From: Catajapyx aquilonaris
Taxonomy: Eukaryota
Direction: 5' to 3'
DNA: 20,000 bases
Assembly (NCBI GenBank): GCA_000934665.2
Contig: JYFJ02001398.1
Location: 61,393 to 81,392 of the forward strand
The notes under the pieces are model-generated. The model was not told where the DNA came from. It worked only from the letters and a program-made list of their open reading frames with translations, and made no database searches. A program made the translations under genes and the position numbers. Each line of letters begins with the position of its first letter. Position 1 is the stretch's first letter. Shown piece by piece: positions 8,891 to 19,575 of this stretch.

Positions 8891-11557
8891 ATGGGTTGCT
8901 GGTGCCTTGGCAGTGGCAGCAGTACAGCCAAGGGTGTGGACGCAGAGGTCTGCAGCGTGGGAGGGGACTCTGATGAATTCGATGCCAGGCAGCTTGACTT
9001 CAGGCACTGCTCCCTGCTCGACGTGCCACCTGCAGTCTTCTCCTATGAGCGGACCCTCGAGGAGCTCCTGCTCGACTCCAACCGAATTGTCGACCTCCCC
9101 AGGTCGCTCTTCCAATGCCATGGACTCAGGAAACTTGGGCTTGGTGACAACGACCTGCAGGTAACTTGGTACAGTTAAAATATGTGCCATATGGTCATTG
9201 TGTAAATGCCTATTTGTTAGAGGTGCAATCTCAAATTAGGACCTGTGACAGATATCTCCACCTCCACCAAATTAGCCAAAAAATGATGAAAAACACAAAT
9301 TATTATTGGCTATTTACTAGCGAATGTTTTTGAGGATAAGTGATTAAACAGTGGCCTGCAGAATCTTTTGCCCTCCATGAAGTATATAATTGCCAAAGAA
9401 TTGATGGTGATGATAATCCACATTGTTTGGGATCGAACCTTAGCTGTATGTGGACACAAGCATTATGGCTGCACCAGAGCTTCCCCAAATGTTTCAGAAG
9501 CACTTTACAGTATTAGATGAATAGCTTCATTTAGTACTCCTGTTACATGGACCTTGTACAATTTCAGTCAATTCCTGGAGCCATCTCTGCCCTGGGAAGT
9601 CTGGAGGAGCTGGATGTTAGTCGCAATGGCCTGAGTGACCTTCCTTCATCTTTGGGCTCTTGCCGCCGTCTGCGGGTCCTAGAGGCGAGTGGGAACCCTT
9701 TGGGCCGTGTCCCAGAAGCCCCCTCTCGTCTGTTATCCCTGGAAGAGCTTTATCTGAATGAGTCAGGGCTGGAGTTTCTGCCTGCTGGATTGGGGCGGCT
9801 GTGTCGCTTGCGTGTACTGGAGGTGCGCCAAAACAGGTTGCAGACCCTACCCAGGTCTCTCTCCCGTCTGCAGGCACTGCAGAGGCTAGACCTAGGACAG
9901 AACCACCTGCAAGAACTGCCTGATGTTGTTGGGGGACTGCGCTCCCTGGAGGAGCTCTGGTGTGACTCCAATCGACTGCTGGGACTCCCTGTGGCCCTTG
10001 GGAAGCTGGTTCGGTTGCGCTGTTTAGATGCAGGCAAGTCTATTCTGGCATTCAGATTTCTTGACACAGTTAACCATGCCTGTAACAGAGGCTTGTAACC
10101 GAGCCATTATGTATGGAACAAAAATGCATTTGAAAATAATCTTCTGGGACCAAATAAAAATTTGGCATTTGATAAGTTCTGGCTGTGGCCAAGGTCCATT
10201 GTAGGCCTGTTTCACTCGTTTCTATAATTTGGTGTAGTGGGTTTGCAGTGCCATTATTTGATTCTAGTGAGTTACTGGTAACCTTTATTCCTGCTAGGCA
10301 CAAACCGACTCCAGACAGTCCCAGCAGAACTGGGCTTGTGTGTGTCGCTACAAGATCTGACCCTGAGTGGGAACCACTTGAAAGAGCTTCCCCGTCAGAT
10401 GGGACGGCTGCAGCAACTGGCCACACTGCGATTAGATTCTAATAGGCTCCAAGCCATTCCTGCCGAGATGGGGCGCTTGCAGCGCCTGGAGGAGCTGAGC
10501 CTCTGCCACAACCGCCTGATGGAGATTCCCTCTGAGATGGGATTGCTGAGGAAGCTGCGGGTCTTGCTTCTGGATGCCAACAGACTGCAGGACCTCCCAC
10601 CAGAGTTAGGAAGCTGTCAGAGCCTAACAGTACTAGCTGTAGGACGGAACCGACTCAGGCAGCTGCCTGCTGAGATAGGGCAAGCCTCTAGGCTCAGGGT
10701 TCTTGGGCTGTCTGGGAACAGGTTACGACATCTACCTGTGTCACTGCTCAAACTGCGGCACCTAGCTGCCCTGTGGCTGTCACACAATCAGAGTCAGCCT
10801 CTGGTCCCTTTGCACAGAGACAAGGATGGGTTTACTGGGCGATGGGTGCTATCCTGCTACCTGCTTCCTCAGCCAGAGTTGGATCTGCCAACTAGCACCA
10901 TCACAGGTGAGTAGTAAAAATCTGAAATCGACGTGGAATCGATGAAATTTATGCTTAGGTTAATGTTATGTCGAACGTTTCTCTCCTGCAGACAATGACG
11001 ATGAGGGCAGACAAGACAAGAACTACCAGCCCCTGATATCATTTGCCCCTGACAATGACTCAGGGTCAGAATGCAGCATCCCATCTGCGCCCAGGGGCCT
11101 GTCAAGGGCTCCAACACCCCACCCCAAAGAAATGCGTGCCCTAGCAAGGAGAGCCCAGCAGTTGCAAAAGCTGCATGGCAACCACACTGATGACAACGAT
11201 AATGAAAGCCACGAACCTCCCCCGCCACCTCCTCCCCCTCGCGGGGATAAGACTGGGCGAGTCCACCCTGGCTACACCCTCCCCAGGCACTTTGGGGGAC
11301 AAATGGCTCCAGAAATATCCCCTGAAAACAACCCAGACCAGCACAAGAGGACATTGCAGGTGTATGGGACGACCAGGGCAAAACCACCCGAATGGCGGCC
11401 TGTGATCAAGGAAGCCAGGTGCATCAGGCAAGCGGAGGCACCTCCTCCACCTTTTCAGCTGGCTCCTGTGCATCGCGCCCTTCCGCCACCCCCTTTAGTA
11501 CAACAGCCAAGTAGCATGGAGGCAACTACACCTAGGCCACTCACCCAGTACCTATGA
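8891..11557 (+). CDS. lap1: LAP-family leucine-rich repeat protein (Lap1/Erbin/Densin-180-like), 636 aa; exons 8891-9160, 9568-10033, 10298-10906, 10992-11557
   Basis: [33 protein letters not shown]-cap, tandem ~23-aa LRRs, LAPSD motifs [15 protein letters not shown] and VLSCYLLPQ, then [12 protein letters not shown] (compare Erbin LKRYPTPYPDEL). Exon phases 0,1,1 are consistent; intron 2 is GC-AG. A probable 5'UTR intron lies at 8748-8809. Exact orthology within the LAP family is uncertain. Confidence 0.88.
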
Positions 11558-12695
11558 GTTTGTATGGTACCGACTCCACCCACCCCTGGGTTATTAGGCC
11601 GAGTCACTGCCATTTTTTTTCACAAGTGGATGATTCCAGGTGCCAAAATTGACAAATTTTGCACATTCCAGCATCCTACCCATTTTCAACATTGACATAG
11701 GTATTTGTGTGTACAGCACATTTTGCACGATGAAGAGCTCACACCATTTGGAGGGAGGAACCATCTTCCTCCCCATTGCCAAAAGTGGCCAAATCTGTCT
11801 GCACCATGAATGAATTTTAAATGGGTCAACTTTGGCACTGATCACCAATTCATTAGCACCTAACGAATTCCCTTATGCATTTTTCCCATGTGTTGCCGAC
11901 ATTTCAAAAAAATGAAAGCAGTGGACGCCTTTGACGATTGTTAAAACGTACTTCCTATTGGGTGCTCAATATTACTTGCAAGTTTCTTATTAGCTGGCCT
12001 TTTACGCTTATACATTGTTTCCGAGTAGCCTTTCCCAGTGACTGTAAAATAAGGTAAAAGTACAAAGAGTTTACCAACAGGTATTGAAGAAAATAATGGG
12101 TGTGTTATCAGCTGCTGTTAACATATTATTGAAAAAAAATTTATAGCAATGCTGCGGTAGCACAAAAGGTTTATTGTTAACTGCTGCTTTGTCAGCTTGG
12201 CACAAACTCAATAATTCATCGCCAGCAGTTTCGTACCGTTATCAGGAGCAAGGAAACTAAACGGGGTGGCGGCGTCCATTGTTACTTCTGAAGCAATAAT
12301 TTATCTTCCCAGCTAATTGAGCTTGGTTCATGTCACTTCCATTACTTACTGTAGGAAACATTGATCTCAATTGTTGTGTACATGTATGTATAGATCATCT
12401 TTTTACCCTCCCTTTTTTGGTACGTTGTACGTTAAGATCCTGTTGTTGATGTAAATAGGTGAGTAAAGAGCTGCTCTAGTCTAACAGACATGTTTTCTTA
12501 CACAAATGAGTTTGCTTTTATTCACCAACAATACAGTTTGAACATGACATGATGGCTCAACTGGTCCATTTAACAGGAAAGAAAAAAAAAAGAAACTGGG
12601 GTTGGGGGGGGAAAAAACCTTCTCCAAATATGAACATCAAGTGGCTTCTGGTATGGAAGTTGTGCTTCTGTGGGATTCTTACAGCCCCTGAAAAA

Positions 12696-14934
12696 TCACC
12701 CTGTTTTCTCCAGTTCTGTCTCCTTTTTGTCCTCTGGCTTTACTAGGTCCTCCTCTTTGTGACTTCCATTCCCGTTTATCTTGTCCTTTTCACCATCCGT
12801 CTTGCCGTCTCCGTCTTCTGCTAGACACACTCGCTTAGGGTCCGGAGCTGCCATTACAGCTGCCAGCAGGTCCTCCGGCTTCCTCTGGGAAAGCAGGCGC
12901 AGCCTCAAGTGTAAATCGCAGTTAAGGAAGACTTGTTTCAAAAGTTTTCAGAGAACACATGCTGCATAACCATAAGTATACATAACTGAATAACTAAAAT
13001 TATGCTCTAAATAATAATAATGAACTACTCAAACTGGCTTAAAGCCCGTTTACACAAGGCCATTCGTATGCAGCTGCTGGAGCTCTGGCAAATCAGAGTT
13101 CCTCTTCATTGTTGATGGCACAGTCCACAGTTGCCACCTCTAACAATGATAGTGGCAGCAGCCTCATGTGAAGGGGACCTTAATGAACATGCAACATCTC
13201 TGGTCACACATTGGAATATCCGCTTACCTTCTTCCGTACAAGGTGGGAGATGTTGCTGGCTGGCTTTGTGGGTGTGCTTGGTGCATCTGGAGAGGCAAAA
13301 GCAGCAGCAGCAGCTGCTGCCGCTGCTGCTGATGAAGATGGCCCAGCACCATTGGCTCCACTGGAAGAGCCGGCAACAAGCCCACCCCCATCTCCGAAGA
13401 ACCCCTCTCTGATGCGCCTGGACACCTCCTCCTTTGATGCCTGCGTATCTGCCATCTTCTCCTCAATGTCTGGCAGCAGCTTTTCCAGCTCAAAAATCTC
13501 ATTTTGTTCCGTGTAGAATGGGTCGGCCTTTGCTTCAGGGCTGACCTCATCCTCTCCTTTCTTACGCCTCTCCAGCCTTTCCTGCAAGAAATGGATCCTC
13601 TCTCGCAGCACGCCTGCAGCCGCCTGGTAGTGCTCCTGAGCAGAGTCAAACTTCTCGGCTAGGGAAGTGGCTAAACCCAGTTGGAATCGTGTCTCAGCCA
13701 GAAGGCGGTTATGGGGGGGTAGCAGCCGAGTTCGGATTTCCAGGCAGCACAGCATCTCTTCTTCTGCCTGGCCGTAGTTCTCTGATTCTAAGCTCACTTC
13801 TCCGAGCTTCAGGTGGGCTTCAGCCAGACGCAGCTGCAAGGTCTCTCCCGCCGGGGTCTCACCAGTGCTCTCAGCCTGGCGCTTGAATATCACTTTGGCC
13901 AGTTCCAGCATTTCCCAAGCTAGTTGGAGAGTGGTCACCTCAGAATCATCTTCAGATTCACCCTTCTTGTCCTCAAGAGATTCCTCTTCCTTGTCATCAG
14001 TCTCACTTAATGCCTCAGCAGACTTGTCATCGCCATCAGCTTTAGCATCATCCTTTCCATCTTCTTGCCCATCCTCGTCTTTCTCCTCCCCATCTTTCTC
14101 GCTCTCCTCGCCATCCTTCTCACTCTCACCCTCTTTATCGACATCCTTCTCACTTTCTTCATCTTTCTCACCTTCTTCATCCCCTTCCGCATCGTCCTCA
14201 TCGTTGTCTTCTTCTTTTTCATCTTCATCCTCATCACTCTTTTCATCTGAAATGTATTCAAATTAAACTTTCACGATCTTTTCATGAGTACTAGATCAAT
14301 CTTCTTGATGGCTTACCATCCTTGAGTGGATTCGCTATGACCTCGGTCTCGATGCGAGCCATCTCAAGCAAGGCATGACCATAGTGGAAATACGCCTCTC
14401 CACACTCATTGGCAGTCTCGCCATACTGTCCTCCCAGGAGGCTGCATGCTTCCTGCAGGGACGTCACTGCTGACGGAATGTCTCTCACCAACAAGTGACG
14501 CTTGCCCTGCACCAAGTGATTCAGAGCCTGTTGGGCCATGTCCCTGCAATAAAAAATCACCACTTAGCCATGTGTTGTTTCGCCACTAATTTGGCTGAAC
14601 TCCAAAATGTCACATTTTGCATATGGCTGCAATATCTGCTTTTAACACTGTCACGTAATGACTGTTTGGCCCATGGTTTGGCCCACAGTGCAGGTCCAGC
14701 CATTTGAGTCTCCCTAGTGCCGTGCAGCCGGCATCACCATTGATATGCAAATTGGCACAACAAAGGCCCGTTACCGGCTCACTCCGGTGCCGCCGGTACC
14801 ATGCGCTTCGGACTGGCCGTGACCTCCCCAAACCCATCCCGGCCAACGTGCACATGTGCGACTCACGTTTCCTGCTTGGACGGCGAGGTCTTGGTCGCAG
14901 CAACAGCAGCAGACGTCTCTTTAGACTCCGCCAT
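12696..14934 (-). CDS. NASP: Nuclear autoantigenic sperm protein (SHNi-TPR histone H3-H4/H1 chaperone), 500 aa; exons 14934-14867, 14543-14317, 14246-13228, 12884-12696
   Basis: QGKRHLLVRDIPSAVTSLQEACSLLGGQYGETANECGEAYFHYGHALLEMAR, a ~100-aa D/E-rich insert, LQLAWEMLELAKVIF, LAEAHLKLGEVSLESENYGQA, RLLAETRFQLGLA, NISHLVRKK|RKPE. All introns are GT-AG with matching phases (2,1,0). AATAAA on the minus strand at 12522-12517. Confidence 0.95.
13039..13183. mobile_element. Short degenerate MITE-like element in NASP intron 3, with ends similar to the 7542-7695 element
   Basis: Left end ttaaagcccgtttacacaaggc versus reverse complement of the right end ttaaggtccccttcacatgaggc. TTAA at both ends. Confidence 0.5.
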
Positions 14935-15575
14935 CTTCCGCGCCCCTGGAGCGAGTTCAGGCCAAACCGGGGATGGCAACCTCACGCCCGCCCAACCGAT
15001 CAATGACTCTCACCCTGCCCCTCCGCCCTCGCTAAACAGCCCCGTTCGCCCCTCACCCGACTCCAAACCGCCCCAGTTTATTAACCAAATAACTGAATAA
15101 TTGCGGCCGCCGGCTTTTGTGTCGATAAAATTATGGCGCGAATCGACTAGGTTGGCACCCCCTCCCACTTCCTGCCGCTCGTCGCAACAAAGCGTGACGT
15201 CACAGCCGCTGTCCACTCGCGCGTCTCTCGAATTACATCGACAACAATGCTGCACCAGCAATGCACGAACAATAACAACATTTATGCACATGAAATCTAA
15301 TTAAAATAGTTAGCCCAATGTGATCGTAAGGCGTGTCTTAATGACGCAGTGTCCCAATGGCTATTCCGAAGTAACGGCTACCTCCTGCTGTCGTTCCTTC
15401 GTAAAGGGCGATATAAAGCTGCTTGTTTCCATCAGCTGCGTTTGATCCGACCCATCGGACCCTCCCCCCTCCCCACCTCTTCCGTTGGTGCCCCAGCCTC
15501 GTGCTCGCAGGCCGCCATCTTTTATTTGTCGAGAGCCGATCGGATCGCCCTCGCCTCCGCTCCATCTCCGAGCAG
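14935..15575. promoter_or_regulatory. CpG-rich bidirectional promoter between NASP and BTF3, including the BTF3 non-coding first exon
   Basis: E2F-like GGCGCGAA near 15135, CRE palindrome GTGACGTCAC at 15194-15203, pyrimidine tract cctcttcc near 15476-15483, YY1 consensus GCCGCCATCTT at 15511-15521, donor CAG|GTAAGA at 15576. Confidence 0.65.
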
Positions 15576-15708
15576 GTAAGACTTCCTCTGCCGGCTCCCA
15601 ACCGGCCTGCATCTTGCATTCGAGATACGACCCACGGTTGTTCTCTCCCGCTGTAGAGACACCCCCCTTTTCCGCCCGAGCGAGCCAGCCCCCCAGGCAG
15701 TGGAGAAG

Positions 15709-18700
15709 ATGAACCAGGAGAAACTGAGTAAGATGCAGGCGCAGGTGCGGATTGGGGGCAAGGGGACCGCCCGGAGGAAGAAGAAGGTCGTGCACCGCAC
15801 CAACACCACGGATGACAAGAAGCTGCAGAGCTCCCTCAAGAAGCTAGCGGTCTCAAGCATCCCAGGGATTGAGGAGGTAACTGCAGTGGACAGCTGTTGT
15901 TGAAAGGAGGATGGCTCTCTGGCCGCAGCGCAGTCGGTGGGGAAGGAGGAGTTGCGGGCAGAGAGTGCCTGTGTTCAGGGCTTGTCAGTGTGACTTCAAT
16001 GGGGCTAGGCAGTTCAGATGGTGCAAAATATTGTGAATGTCAGCTTTCATATCCATGCATTTTAAGACTAGTGTGTCAAGTAGTCCAAAGATGTGTCAGA
16101 ACAGACAGCCATAGGTTGCAGATGCGATCCATTTGCCATACTACATAAGTAGCCCATGATCTCCGGGATGTGGACACAAAACAACACTTACATAAAGTGA
16201 TCCACTGGTTCCTGGCAAATCACACTCGAAGTTTGTCAATTTAATCATGAAACACCTTGTCTAAATGAAGTGTTCAAGCACATGTAAGCGTTGATTCAGA
16301 GGAGGTACTTCGCCTGCAGTTACGATACACCTTTTGACAGATAGCTCAGCTATCTGATTAAGATTAGCCTTCTAAATCTCAGTAGGGCTATGACCTCAAT
16401 GACAAAAAAAGTGTTTCAGTGTAACCTGTGTCGAATGGACCCTGGATATGTCAGACTTGTCCAATGCATAACTTTGCGTGGGTCTGGTGGGAATTTGCAA
16501 TGTCTGTTACAGTATGTATTGTAGTGGAAATCATTCCAGTGCAGACAATTTTTCTCAAATAGAGTTTTTCTCTATTTAGGGTTTACTGTACTAACACTAA
16601 GTTACTTAGAATAGCAGCATATCTGAAACATATTCTTAGATGCATTAGGTGCAGCATTAGGCATGCTTGCAGAATGAGTAATAAATCAATTATAAACACT
16701 TACTGAATTATAAGATATTTGTGTGTCTGCCTGGAGTTATGACATTTGTTGTGACACTGCTTTTTCCCCCCTTTCCAGGTGAACATGATAAAGGAGGATG
16801 GCACAGTTATCCATTTTAACAACCCGAAGGTGCAGGCTTCGCTTGCAGCCAACACTTTTGCGGTATCGGGACATGGAGAAAACAAGCAGATAACGGAGAT
16901 GCTTCCAGGCATTTTGAACCAGCTAGGCCCAGAAGGGATTACGCACCTAAAGCGTCTGGCCACAGTAGCATCTTCCTCGTCACCATCAGGTCTTGGTGCA
17001 CTTGGGGCAGCTGGGGGTGCCTCAGGCAGCACACGTAACCAGCATGATGATGATGACGATGATGATGTCCCAGAACTGGTGGACAATTTTGATGAGCCCA
17101 GCAAGGGCGAGGCAGCCACTGGTAACTACTCTATTTTAAAAGTATTACTTCGAAAAGTCAAACCTCCCATTAGGAAATATCCTGGATCTCAAAATGAATG
17201 TCGTGTGGTGGATAGAGAATTTTAAAAATATATTACATTGACTTTCAAATTTGCTGTATTAGTGGCCCTTTGGTGCGAAGTTAAAATTGGTGCATTTTAT
17301 TCATGGTGATACCAAAGGGACTGCGTCTCAGCAAAAGGGGCTTTGTTCATATACAGTGTGAAGGGAAACTCGCAGACAATCGCCAGGTAGACTGATAGTA
17401 CTCATAAAACTAATATAGGGATATGTGTAATTAGTTTTGGGCTCCATTGAATAGTTACTGTGTATGGCACCTTCAAAGTTTCGTGACGTCACATCCGCTC
17501 CTTCAGGTTAAAAGATGCAAAATTCAGCTCGAAGGCCTGTGAATAATCCGTCCTTGGTCCTCGAACACATTGTCCATGTGCAATAGGTGATCATATCCCA
17601 TCAGAGTAAGAATCCAGGTGTGACACCCATGAACTTTGTTGTTTTTACCGCAAATTTTACCATCCGGGCCTCTATACTTTAAAGGCCTAGGTGCCGCACG
17701 CATGAACTACACAACGGCGCCAAAAACTAATTGCACATCCCTATGTTAGTTTTGCCAGTACTGTCAGTATACCTGGCATTTGTCCGCAAGCTTCCCATCA
17801 CCCTATATAGGACGAAACTATTGCCATATTGGCTGTGTTACAGCTCTAATTGCATTCCAGTTCTCAAGATATCACCCACTTGCTAGGAAATTTCATACTA
17901 TTGTGTGTGCTTTTTAACTTTTTTTTCCATTGTTACTTTTGCACCATAAAAACCTGTCCAGCCAGTCAATCAATCCCATTGGTTATGATAATCCAGAACC
18001 ACCTGTTTGCCAGGTGAAGTAACCCACGTACATGGGAGTAGGAATGGTTGATTCACAAGGGCTTAGCCTCAGGCAGGGGAGGGATTAAGTCGTGGCCACC
18101 CTTGCTTTCAGGAAGGCACTCACGAAGAAACCTGCTAGAAAGTGCATTGAGAAGTATAAGCAGTCTATGAATCTTAACTCTTTTTTACAGCCAAACTATT
18201 GGCACAATCTATAGTACAAAGGCAAGGTGTCTATACTTGGAAGCTCCTTGCCAGTGTGATGATTCAAAAAGATTTTTAGAGCCTCCTGTGACAATAATTT
18301 TAAACTGGAAAAATAGAAAAACTGTGCATTTCAAATGCTAATATGCATAGTAGCAGAATAGATAAGACGAAACTGAGATTCACCTTTTTTGAGGAATAAT
18401 GAGGCATAATTTTAGCTGTAGTACCATTGGCCAAGGGCTGGCAGGATTGACCTAAATTTGGGCATCATTACACCGGTAAGAAGGTGGTTCCAGACATTGG
18501 CACCTTGCCTTTTTGGCACAGATTGTGCCGAAAGTTTAGCAGCAAAAAAAAAAATGAGGGCTGCAGACTGCCTATACTGGCTGTGTTCTGCCCACCAGAT
18601 TAATCTTTGAAATGTGCATGGGTGACACCAGAGAATTGGTGTGAGATAATCTCTGCGTAATGGAGCCAAAATAGCTCAAATTTGATAAATGATGTGAGTT

Positions 18701-18988
18701 AAAGAATGGGATAAGTTGGTTCACAGCAATGATTTTGTAGATTTCCTTGCAATACGTCTACTGATGCCGTGTATTATTTCAACAGTGAGCAAATCGAAGG
18801 AGAAGAAGGAAGACGAAAAGAAGACTGAGGACAAGAAGGGCGGAGAAGGGAAGTCAAAGGCAAAGGTAGAGGAAGTCAAGGCGAAGGTAGAGGAAATCAA
18901 GGCAGAAGTTCCGAAAGCAGCAGCCAAGGCAGAGGTCCCGAAAGCAGCAGCGCCCAAGGCAAAAGATGGAGCAAAAAAAGAAGAGTAG
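15709..18988 (+). CDS. BTF3: Nascent polypeptide-associated complex subunit beta (BTF3/bicaudal homolog), 237 aa; exons 15709-15876, 16779-17121, 18786-18988
   Basis: [101 protein letters not shown]. Introns are phase 0 and 1, both GT-AG. AATAAA at 19399-19404. The last exon is supported by phase and composition rather than homology. Confidence 0.95.
17342..17817. mobile_element. Foldback/MITE relic with ~130-bp degenerate inverted arms in the last BTF3 intron
   Basis: gggaaactcgcagacaatcgccaggtagactgatagtactcataaaactaatatagggat.. aligns with the reverse complement of the right arm, gggaagcttgcggacaaatgccaggtatactgacagtactggcaaaactaacatagggat.. Confidence 0.8.
18153..18578. mobile_element. 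Second, unrelated foldback/MITE relic (~120-bp degenerate inverted arms) in the last BTF3 intron
   Basis: gccaaactattggcacaatctatagtacaaaggcaaggtgtc..gtgtgatgat aligns with the reverse complement of the right arm, gctaaactttcggcacaatctgtgccaaaaaggcaaggtgcc..gtgtaatgat. Outer ends agtataagcagtct / agtataggcagtct. Confidence 0.75.
18857..18952 (+). repeat. Coding tandem repeats in the BTF3 tail: 2 x 21 nt (KAKVEEV/I) then 2 x 27 nt (KAEVPKAAA)
   Basis: AAGGCAAAGGTAGAGGAAGTC / AAGGCGAAGGTAGAGGAAATC, then AAGGCAGAAGTTCCGAAAGCAGCAGCC / AAGGCAGAGGTCCCGAAAGCAGCAGCG. Most differences are synonymous. Confidence 0.9.
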
Positions 18989-19575
18989 AGAAATGACAAA
19001 GCAACAAATGGGCCAAGTTTTTTCTCCCGATTCTCCATCCTACCTCCCCTTCCCTCTGACCCACTCCCGTCCTACCCGACCTATCATGTCCATGGCCTCC
19101 TGACGACACTTCAAGTGGAATGGATTTTGGGATTGGAGGATGGAAGTGGGGATTGGGTGCCCACTTTTTCCCGTTCCTAGTTAATTAAATCATGTCATCT
19201 AGGATTGACAACTCAGTGTCAAAATTGTGATCTTCTTCCATGATTCTTTTCCACCTTCACCTCCCCAATCCCCCCCTTCATCACACATCCCACCAACTCT
19301 ATTATTATTAAATTTTTTTCGGTTTGTAGTAGTTCTCCAGTTTGTCAATACCATTTAGACTCAGATTTTACCATCTGACGTCTAAGTCGTGTACAGGAAA
19401 TAAAGGCTGGAGCCAGACTTGTTTGTATATGCGGCGATTATTTTCATTAAACTCAATCCGTAGCAGTTAAGGGTAACTGCCTCGAGCATGACACCAGGCC
19501 AGCACCCATGGCATCAAAAGCCATCAAAGCCACCAGCCAATGACACGATGGACCTGTCCAGCCTGGACTGGAGTT

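Noticed and set aside
11101..11140. Suspected frameshift in LAP exon 4 at the C-rich PTPHPK codons
   Set aside because: Recounting shows the frame from 10994 is continuous with the ATG at 11132, so the gene is intact.
11546..11557. C-terminal TQYL as a PDZ-binding motif
   Set aside because: Position -2 is Gln, which fits neither class I (S/T) nor class II (hydrophobic) consensus.
13131..14266. Ser-rich and hydrophobic plus-strand ORFs (13865-14266, 14065-14250, 13211-13516) and the Met/Lys-rich minus ORF 14007-14261
   Set aside because: Antisense or off-frame shadows of the low-complexity acidic and poly-Ala parts of NASP exon 3.
17122..17225. BTF3 ORF continuing past exon 2 to a stop at 17225
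   Set aside because: Read-through into AT-rich intron after the G|GTAACT donor. The in-phase exon at 18786 is a better ending.
18256..18378. GTGATGA...CTGA pair resembling a C/D-box snoRNA in the BTF3 intron
   Set aside because: The C-box-like word is part of a foldback arm, with no terminal stem or recognisable rRNA guide.
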